64,000 nt of DNA from the human T2T-CHM13v2.0 reference genome, Homo sapiens. Shown piece by piece: positions 54,257 to 64,000 of this stretch; position 1 is the stretch's first letter, and each line of letters begins with the position of its first letter. Below the pieces are notes generated by a model. The model had not been told where the DNA came from. It ran no database searches and saw only the letters and a program-made list of their open reading frames with translations. Location of the stretch: assembly GCF_009914755.1 (NCBI RefSeq), contig NC_060930.1, one strand, 5' to 3'. Made by a program: the position numbers and the translations under genes.

Positions 54257-56420
54257 CTGAAGTAGAGCTTCTAATGACCTCTAGGAGTGCTGAGTGACCA
54301 AGTGAGGTACCTGCAGGACCCTTTTGTGTTCAGTGATCTCTTGGAGCAGCTGGGGATCATGGTAAGTTCTCTTTCAGATTTTGGAGCTCCACAGGTTTGT
54401 GTTTTGAGCTCTCCAAGTTTCTTTGAGCAAATTTCTGATCCAAACTGGGTTTGGAAGTCACAGTAGAAACTAAACTGGATCCAGGATTGGATTTAATCTG
54501 GCAGTTAACTGGCTTGGATCCAGTTAGAGGCTGCTTACATCTGACTGGGTCAGGAAGAAGCTGGTAGTAAATGGTAATATTGCAGGGGATATAAAATTTG
54601 GCTTTTGGAAATTCACAGGGATTTTGTGTTCTACTCCTTTGTTTCATTTTTCTTGCATGCTTAGGTAGGAAAAAAAATCATTGGCTAAGTTAATCAAGGG
54701 AACTTGAGAGCAAAGCCATTATCTTAAGTAAAAATGGGATTCTTAATTTCTGAAGAGCTGAGTTCCTTCTGGCTTATACATGTGTGTTAGGCCCCAGAAG
54801 CAGTGAAGTCTTACAGAAATGGTAAAATCTTACTAAGGATAACTTATAGTGGAATGTTCCAAATGAACAACAAAACACTGAAGTGCATTTGAAAATGAGG
54901 GCTCCCAGATTAGTTTCATCTAGGGATGCCTATTGATATGCAGAAGCTTCTAAAAGTATTTCAGTATTTTTATTTAAAGACTTTACGAAAGGCAAGTATA
55001 AAGCTTAAGCGACGAATTGATTACAAAAATTAAATCTGCTAACCTTTTAGCTTAGTTACATCTAAAGGAAGTAGACTGCAGCAGCAATTGGCTAACTTTG
55101 GGTAAGTAATATGGTACATTTTACCTGGGTAAAGGATGGGATTGGGTTACTGGCCTGCCCCTAGGTAAAGTCCCTTTTGGTTAAAAATGGATTTGGCACT
55201 ATGGGATGTTAACCACTATTCTCTTTGAATTAATCTGCCTTGCCATCTTGATAGGATTAGGCATGTACAGGATCATGGGACATAGGGAACCTTTTTTTTC
55301 CCTAAAGGGGAAGCTTAAGAGCTGGTAGGACTGGTGGAAAAGATCCCTGCATGACTGACAAGTGACAAGTGGCTGCCTGGAGTTTTGATTCAGTATCACT
55401 GCAATGAGTGGGTCTTTCTCTGGCCACCCTGAGTTTCTTACCTTCCCCACCCTGCCACAGGCAATGCCTTTTTCCCTTTCTCTCTTTTCCTTTTCTTATC
55501 TTTTCTGTTACCCAGGGCAACCATCTTGCCCAGAGTCCACATGTTGAAACTCCTTTATCCACTTTGAATGGATTAAAGATGACAGGACCCATCTGGGGGC
55601 AAGTTTGAGTCTGGCCAGTTTGATATTGGGCACTAAGCAGAGTGGCTAATGTCCATGTTTTGTCACACATATTTTGCTCTGGCTGGAATGGAAAATGGTA
55701 ATTTGCTTACCCCATGCAACCCCTTGGACAGCATCTTACAAAACTGAGAGACTGTTGCCTGTGGTTCCATGAAACAAACAAACAACAAAGATTTTCTTTT
55801 GTCTTGCAGCTTGACCTCCACGGCTATAGTGTGGTGAACAGGCTCAGTAGGGCTGCTCAGAGAAAGGGAATCCAGAAGCCTGGCATGCTGGCAAAAGGGT
55901 AAGAATTTCTTACCAGTCAGACTTCTCACCTCTCTCTTTCTGTGCAAAATGGTTGGATGAATGGTAAAAATCACTGTTTATCTCTTCTGTAAAGTTCTAA
56001 TTAATATGAAAAAAGGCTTCTGAGGCTAGACCTAAGCTGTAGCAAATGCGATGTGCTTTGTGTGTCTTCTGTATGGTTTTGTCATAAAGAGGAGTATGTT
56101 AGGATAGAACATGGGCTTAGGACCCCATAAGCTCACTATTCAAGATGGCCCAGCAAGCTGGTCAGTAACAAACTTTGTTGCAGTTACCTGAAACAAACAA
56201 AAAACTGGATGAGGTTTCCATCTTGTTTTATGTCCTTGGGAATTTGACCTCATAACCATGTGGCAATACTTTCTCTTGGTCTCTGCCATGTAAGGAACAG
56301 GAATTGGGGGATTCATGTCATAGCCCTAAAAATTATTGAACAGTAAAAGCCTTTGTGACCACACCACTGTACTCCAGCCTGTGTAACAGAGCAAGATCTT
56401 GCCTTTATTAAAAAGAAAGA

Positions 56421-56720
56421 GGCCTGGTACTGTGGCTCACATCTGTAATCCCAGCACTTTAGGAGGCCGAGGCTGGCACATCACTTGAGGTCAGGAGTTC
56501 AAGACCAGCCTGGCTAATATGGTGAAACCCCATCTCTACTAAAAATACAAAACTTAGTATTGGGCATGGTGGCACATGCCTGTAATCCCAGCTGCTCTAG
56601 TGGCTGAGGCAGGAAAGAACCACTGAACCCAGGAGGTGGAGGTTGCAGTGAGCCAAGATTGCTCCACTGCACCCCAGCCTGGGCGACAGAGCGAGACTCC
56701 ATCTCAAAAAAAAAAAAAAA
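56421..56720 (+). mobile_element. Full-length AluS-like inside the provirus, preceded by an Alu 3'-end fragment (56360-56420)
   Basis: Two arms, ctactaaaaatacaaaa linker and polyA tail. Confidence 0.95.
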
Positions 56721-59629
56721 AAAGCTTTTGTGAGCTCAAAATTAACTGCTCTACTCTAGGCTCCTTCTGGGAAGAGCAATGGAAACTACCCAGTTTTGTA
56801 CTTTAGTAGCTAAGGCTTTGCCTTTTCACAGTGGTAGCCCGGGTTCAGTCTTGGCTTAGGGAATGAGTCTTTTTTGGTGATGTCTGCATGACTTTTACCA
56901 TTTGTTGAATCTCTTCCCCTCCATGAACCGTCTTGAATTTTCCTCTCTCTCAGCACCTAGAAGGTTACCTTTGGTAAAATTCAAAAGCCAGAAATATTGG
57001 CCATTTGGCCTGGCTAAAGTCAGGTAATAAGAGGATTTAAAAGGACTTTTAGAGTACTATGGTTAAAAGCGGATAGATCCCTCTCAAAATTTAAAGCTCT
57101 GTTTTGTTTTACATTGCGTTATCTGACAATTTTTGACTTTTGGGGGTATCTTTGCATTATGAGAAAGCTTTGGTGTATAATATATACTTTTGGGGATAGC
57201 TAATGGCAGTTGGGGGGAATACTCAACTCTTTGCACCTTTGAATCACAGAAGCATGCTCTTGGCCACCTAGAAAGTATGGAAATGTCCCTACCCCCACTG
57301 AGATAAGACTCCCATGGGGGATGGGTTGATCACAGAATCGGCTGATTGGCTTTGGGTTGCTTTGTAATAAAATGCATGATAAAAGCATTGCATTGTCTTC
57401 TCCCATAGCATTTCCCTCTTTTTGGGGATCCAGGATGTGATATAAAAGTGGGACCCTTACTTTTGGAGATCTGTTTTTGTCTTCCAGCTGTGCCCACTTA
57501 TTAGGCTGTGGAAACTGCATGATTTCCTGATTCTGTTCCTCCAAGGGCACCACCCTAAAGCCAGTAATCCAATTAAGAAACTGGTAAACTAAAAATCTTA
57601 CAACTACTGGATCTTCTGTCTGTCTGTGTATTTATATGTATGTGCTGTGTGTGTGATGTTTATATGTAAAAAAGCTCTGATTAGTTGGCTTAAAAATAAT
57701 AGGTGTTTAAATCATATATTGTCAGAAAAGTAAAAAGTGTAATGCCTTTTAGTTCATGTGACTTTAGTAATCTTTGGAAAATAAAAACAATTTTAAAGAT
57801 TATTGGTAAAATAAAGACATTTGGTCTAAATTACACAGGTCAGATATTAGGTTTACTCAATGCTTTAATGTCATAAACCGCTTCTTTGGCTTTTGAAAAT
57901 TTTTCAGCTTGTCTGCTTTACAGCTAGGTAAGACCTGGGGACATATGGAGTTAGCCGTTAGCCATACCCCTAGCTATGCTGGAAAAAGTCAGACCTTACC
58001 TGCACTTCTGTCTGGTGTTCTAGGCTCCAAACCTAGTACATAATTAAAATTGCTTACTAACCATTTTTTCAAAATTGCTAAGAGTTAATAATGTAGCATG
58101 TAATTGAGACTACTGAAGAAACAGTTTTACATGCAAGGTGTGTAAGGGAAGTGAAATGTGTTTTTGGTGAAAGCGTATATGAAGGTATGTTAATGTGGAT
58201 TTTTTTTGACCTAGATTAAAGGGTTAAAGGATTGCTTTTAGTTGGGATAAAGCTGAAGGTTTGAGCTAGTTATGGAAGGTTTGTGAAAATCGATCTCGTA
58301 AAAGAAATTCTGTGTGTAAACACATTGGCTAACATTAAAGGAGTATTATTCAGTATTTTCCATAAATTGAACATTGGAACAAAAACACAACAGGGTTTTC
58401 TTAGGGCACTGACTTGCTTTTTAACAAGAATTTGTAAAGGGTTATAAAAGGTTTATGAGAATCTCACCTTTTGATGATGAAGGCTGAATAGATTTATCTA
58501 TAAGGTTTTATTAAAAATTGAGATTGACATTAATAGTACCCTAATGCAAGGGTGAAATTTGACTTTCTCTCTTGAATAAGATTTTCATGTAATATTAAGT
58601 GATAATAAAAAAATTTTGTTTCCCTTTTAAATAAACTACCAAAAATAAGAAGGAAAAGACAAGAGACGTATTGTTTGGAAAGCTAAGTCTTCCTTCTATC
58701 AATGAGTAAAGGTTTTTGCCTTTTTAAAATTTTTGAGTCATCACTTTGGCTAAATGAATGGTGACCTGGAATTCTATTTCATAATATCAAGTGTTTTAAA
58801 CCTTTAACGTATTTAATAGGCTTTCAAAAATCAAATTTCACCTTCAAAATTGTCTTTTCTAACCTCTAACCTTGAGATGCTGCAAAGGGTCCCGAAGCAT
58901 TCAAAAGAGAGGTCAACAGTATTATTTGACATGTTAAATTACACGGGAAGCATTGCCAAAATAAAAAATAATGTTTAATGTTCTTCAGGTTATGTTTTAG
59001 TGAATGATATTAATATATGTTCCAAAATTATATGGGATTTCTAAAATTCTAACATGTCTGAGCATATGCTATCAATCATAATTATGATTATTATGTTAAG
59101 TTATTGTAGACCACAGAAATGACCATATTTTTTGTCAATTGGGTTTTTAACTATGACTGTTTAAAGTCATTTCCACAGTTAGATGTTTAATGCTGATGCA
59201 GTTTCTGCAAACTTCACAAGCATGTAAAATCCTAGAATATGGTATCTCCTAAGAGGTTCATGAAAGGAAGGAAAGGAAACCTGTATTCAAAGCACTCTTG
59301 AATACAGGTTTCTGGTAACTTTAAAATCATCGTTTGGACTGTGTAAGAATTCCAGTCTCTAATGAAAAGACTGACTGGTTTATAAAACTGCTAACCCAAA
59401 TAGAACAAAAATTAATTGAATACCAAGAAAATACTTAGCTAGATTTTTATGCTAAGTCAGCTGATACTGAAATTGTTTAGATATACAATTTGAATGAACT
59501 CCATGGTCTAAGTCAAATTACCTATGATAACCTATCAGTTATCAGTACTATGCACCTAAATTGGAGAAATGACCGGTATTCAAGAGAACTTAGATCCAAT
59601 GTTAAGCATAGACTCATGGAGAACCAGAA

Positions 59630-60200
59630 TGGCTGCCTTGCCCTTTCTGAGTCCTTAAAGCTTTTATTATTAAAGGTTCTGCATTCCATGACTCATCATG
59701 GAATAGATAAAATGATCCAAATTAAATATATATTGGTTCGGTGACTTCTAAATTGCTAAAATAGTTTATGACCAATGTTTAGTTGGTTAAACCCATATTC
59801 CTGGAAAGACAATCAAAGCTTCAGTACATTTGGCTACCTGATGGGCCATTTAAAAATTTATAGAGGGATTTCATTCAATTGTCATTTTCAATACATGTTT
59901 TCTGCTTGTAAAAAAGCTTTCCCATGCAAGAGGGCTGATGTTATAACAGTAGATTATTATGCCATAGACTATTTTCACCAGGTAAAGAATGCTTTTTATG
60001 GTTCACTGACTGAGGACAATCAGCTCCTTCACAGTCTAGAACCCGACGATTGGATCTTCTGAGAACATCAGAGAAAGACTGCTCTTGCCATCCACACTGC
60101 AACAAAACTTTGGGACCTTGAACTTTGGGTTCATAATCTCACAACTGAAGAGGGTCCCTCCACATTCTTGGAACTGTACACCCATTGGAACCCTTAAGGT
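59630..60200 (+). pseudogene. Decayed retroviral integrase (pol 3') relic
   Basis: Peptides LLKVLHSMTHHGIDKM (HH zinc-motif-like) and HSLEPDDWIF (integrase C-terminal PGDWV-like); many stops. Confidence 0.6.
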
Positions 60201-60646
60201 AAAACTAACCACATAAATTTCTCCCCAGAAAAGATGGCATCCCTGATGTGAACAGCTTTTCCCAAGGTCATGGATCAAGACTTCTCTACTATCATGAGAC
60301 TCTTATCTTTGAATATTTTACCCTTTCTTATTCCTCTATGAACAATAGAAGTGAAAAGAGGGTCTGTTGTTTGCACTTATAGAGTATACTTTTATCTGTG
60401 AAGGGTTTTACAGCCAGCCTTATACATATGTAACTTTATACCTTGATAAATAAAAGACGAAAGCCCAGTGTAGGTGAGAAACTTCAATGGTACATACATT
60501 GCCTCATAGTTGCCAGGAACAGAACACTGGTTCACTCCTCTTAGCCTCCATCATGGGTTAAAGAGAATGCTGCCAGAAGGTCTTCATTCTTCTAGAAGGG
60601 CCTCATTTGTTAGGTCCTTTTTCTATGGTATGGAATTAAAGAGGCA

Positions 60647-61050
60647 ATGATTAAAAATGTATCCGTCATGACAGACTCTATAGCAGATTCTACTGTAAAG
60701 GCCATGGTTACACAACACACTTTAAATTCTCTTGTGAGAGTTATGCTAAATAATAAAATTGCTTTAGATTACTTACTACTAAATAGAAGTATCTGTGCAG
60801 CTGCTGGCACTTGTGGCCTGTGGAGAAAACATTGGATAGTATAGAGATTCATTTGTAGGAGATTAGCCAAGAGACTGCTTAGTTAAGTGAGTAGACCCTT
60901 TATCTAGCTCGTTCTTTGATCTATTGATTTTAGGTGGTTTGGTTATAGGAACCCTGGGTAAGAAGCATACTTCAAGCTCTTGGTATTATCCTCCCAGTAG
61001 TCATAACAGTAGTCTCCCTGGTGCATTGTATTCTCTCAGAAGTTTTGAAT
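60647..61050 (+). pseudogene. Decayed gamma-type env TM relic
   Basis: LNSLVRVMLNNKIALDYLL (immunosuppressive-domain-like), ICAAAGTC (CX6CC remnant), then hydrophobic LGIILPVVITVVSLVHCIL in another frame. Confidence 0.8.
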
Positions 61051-61650
61051 GTTTGCATACAGCCATCGCTAGAATGTCAAATGGTTTTTCTTCAACTGGA
61101 ATGACTAAAGCTGAAATAAATATGCAACCATGAAGACACTGTAATTTATGAATGACATGCTGAGACCAGAAACCCAAAATGATGGTAACTGAGAGTGGCA
61201 CTGAGGCCCCAAGTTTTGGTCACGCTCTCACTTAAGTGAGCTCTCACTTAAGTGAGAGCATGACCAAAAAAATAGGGATTTTTTTAAAACAAAATTTTGA
61301 GAGGCTATTGTTTTGGACTGAACTCATGCACTAGGCCCCAACAGACCAGACCGAAACAAAATGGAGTCGCTCGTGCCAAATGTGACATGATCAAAGTAAG
61401 ACTTTAAGGAATCACATAGATTCTAGAACAGACCAGGTTTTGTTTTTCTCTAGGAAAAACAAACAGGACATTCCAGCATAAGGAAGTACCCTCTACTCAA
61501 TCCTTGTTCCAGCCTTGCAAAACCCACTGTTCTACTGTTTCCCCATGGGTTTTAAAACCAAATAGATACATTTACAATGGTGATAGTAACACCAATGACT
61601 AAAGTTTTGGTCAATCTCTCAAAGTTGAGAAGATGGCCAAAGGGGCCAAT

Positions 61651-62049
61651 TGTTAAATCAAGTTTAGCTTAAAGCTGCCTCCTTAGATATTTTACGTTTG
61701 GCCTAAAGATTTCTCTGTACATCGTGAACTATAACTAGTGGAGGTCTGAACAGACAGTAGCCTACACTTGTGCCAATCACTGAGTTTTGGCCAATCAAAT
61801 GTAGCTAACTGTTTGAACTGTGTCCAAATAAGGCAAACACCAAACTGTAATCAATCCAATTGTGTCTGTACCTCACTTCCATTTTCTGTACATCACTTTC
61901 CTTTTTCTGTCCATAAATCTTCTTCCACCCCTTGTCTGCACTGGAGTCTCCAAGCCTACTCTGACTGGAAAAGCTGCCTGATTTGCAAATCATTCATTGT
62001 TCAATCTAACTCCTTTAAATTTAATTTGGCTGAAGCTTTTCTTTTATCA
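61651..62049 (+). mobile_element. 3' LTR (MER57A/B-like), preceded by a degenerate PPT (aaagggg)
   Basis: Direct repeat of 53839-54236, about 85% identical by eye. Confidence 0.92.
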
Positions 62050-62053
62050 CCAT

Positions 62054-63783
62054 TATTGGCCACCACAAAAACACAATGAAATACATAGACCATTGATACT
62101 CTAAAGTAACTATGCAATCAAGTCTAGATAACAACCATTTAACAACATGATGACAGGATAAAATCTACACATATAAATATTAATCTTGAATGTAAACAGG
62201 CTAAATGCCCCACTGAAATGGCACAGAGTGGCAGGATGGATAAAGAAGCAAGACCAAATTGTGTGCTATCTTCATTCCTATCTCACATGCAATGACACCT
62301 ATAGGCTCAAAGTACAGGGATGGAGAAAAATCTGTCAAGCAAACAGAAAACAAAAAAGAGACAGGATCACTATTCTTATTTCAGCCAAAACAGACCGTAA
62401 ACAAACAAAGATAAAAAAGACAAAGAAGGGCATTACATAATGATAAAGGGTTCAATTCAACAAGAAGGCAAAACTATCCTAAATATGAATTCACCCAAAA
62501 CTGGAGCACCCAGATTTATAAAACAAGTTCTTAGAGATGTACAAAGAGACTTAGATAACCACACAATAATAGTAGCAGAATTCAACACTCCAGTGACAGT
62601 GTTTGACAGATCATTGGGGCAGAGATCTAATAAAGATATTCAGGACCTATACTTGACACTAGAACAAACAGAACTAACAAACATCTACAAAATGCTCCAC
62701 GTAATAACGACAGAATGTACATTCTTCTCATTTGCACATGGTACATCCTCTAAAATTGATGACATGCTCAGCCATAAAGCAATTCTCAACAAATTAAAAA
62801 AATCTGAAATTACACCAGCCATAATCTTGGACCACAGAGCAAAAAAATAGAAATCAAGACTAAGAAGATCTCTCAAAACCATACAATTACATGGAAAGTA
62901 TACAACCTGCCCCTGAATGACTTCTGGGTAAATAATGAAATTAAGGCAGAAATCAAGAAATTCTTTGAAACTAATGAGAACAAAGATACAACTTACCAGA
63001 ATCTCTGTGACACAGCTGAAGCAGCATTAAGAAGAAAGGGTATAATGCTAAATGCCCACATCAAAAAATTAGAAATATCTCAAATTAATAACCAAACATC
63101 ACACCTAGAGGAACTAAAATAAACAAGAACAAACCAATTCCAAAGCTAGGCAAAAAAAAACAAACAACAACAACAACAAAAAAAAACAAAACAAAACCAA
63201 AATCAGACCTGAACTGCACAAAATTGAAACATGAATGACAATACAAAAGACTAACAAAACCAGAAGTTGGCTTTTTGAAAGAATATACGAGATTGATCGA
63301 CCACTGGCTAGACTAATACAGAAAAAAGAGAGAAGATCCAAATAAACACAATCAGAAATGACAAAGGGAATATTACTACCAATCCTACAGAAATAAAAAA
63401 AAAAACCCAAACCCAGAGACTATTATCAACACCTCTATGCACACAAACCAGAAAACCTAGAAGAAATGGATAAATTCCTGGAAATGTACAACCATCTAAG
63501 ATTGAACCAGGAAGAAACTGAAACTCTGAAAAGACCAATAACAAGTTCCTAAATTGAATCAGTAATAAAAAACCGATCAACCAGAAAAATCCCTGGGCCA
63601 GATGTATTTATAGCCCAAATCCCCAGATGTATTTATAGCCAAATTCTACCAGACATATAAAGTAGAATTAGGCCAATCCTACTGAAACTAATTGAGAAGT
63701 AGGGACTCTTTTCTAACTCATCCTATGAGGGCAGCATCATTCTGATACCAAACCCTGACATGGACACAATAAACAAAAATTCA
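62054..63783 (+). mobile_element. Older primate L1: ORF1 end, spacer and decayed ORF2 endonuclease region
   Basis: ATGACAGGATAA (ORF2 start with an early stop) at 62150; peptides NVNRLNAPLKWHRVAGWIKKQD and TGAPRFIKQVLRD...HGTSSKIDDMLSHK. Confidence 0.93.
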
Positions 63784-63784
63784 G

Positions 63785-64000
63785 GCCTGTAATCTTAGCA
63801 GTTTGGGAGGCCAAGGTGGGCAGATCACCTGAGGTCAGGATTTCGAGACTAGCCTGACCAACATGGAGAAACTCCATCTCTACTAAAAATACAAAATTAG
63901 CTGGGCATGGTGGCACATGCCTGTAATCCCAGCTACTCGAGAGGTTGAGGCAGGAGAATCGCTTGAACCAGGGAGGTGGAGGTTGTGGTGAGCCAAGATT
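63785..64000 (+). mobile_element. AluS-like (Sp/Sq-type), running off the window end
   Basis: gcctgtaatc...cacctgaggtcagga...cctgaccaacatggagaaac...ctactaaaaatacaaaattag. Confidence 0.93.

Larger units (their letters stand above)
53839..62049 (+). mobile_element. Structurally complete, non-coding ERV1 (MER4-group) provirus: MER57-type LTR-internal-LTR
   Basis: Two ~400-bp TG...CA direct LTRs, 4-bp TSD CCAT (53835-38, 62050-53), PBS, PPT and pol/env relics. Confidence 0.93.

Noticed and set aside
62186-62850. L1 endonuclease-like ORFs as a functional ORF2
   Set aside because: Stop at the fourth codon, frameshifts between fragments, and interruption by an ERV and an Alu

Overview
Primate (simian, possibly human) nuclear DNA that is AT-rich, CpG-poor and dominated by interspersed repeats: AluJ/AluS, L1 of several ages, L2, MIR, MER5, a Made1 half, and MaLR/ERVL/ERV1 LTRs. 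I find no supportable protein-coding gene, tRNA/rRNA or CRISPR feature. The longer ORFs in the track are low-complexity artefacts or decayed L1/ERV coding remnants. The largest element is a structurally complete but coding-dead ERV1 provirus (53839-62049). It has MER57-type LTRs, a 4-bp TSD (CCAT), a tRNA-Leu PBS, and pol/env relics. It inserted into an older L1 and was later hit by Alus. The most unusual non-TE signal is a perfect 65-bp inverted repeat of apparently unique sequence (49341-49405 / 50045-50109). Several other fold-back or template-switch scars occur at 381-520, 7053-7132, 21164-22769 and 52915-53056. Repeat-poor stretches near 10 kb and 27-28.6 kb carry retained CpGs and developmental TF motif clusters, so they are candidate regulatory elements. 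Repeat family names come from recalled consensus sequences, and most boundaries of old elements are approximate.
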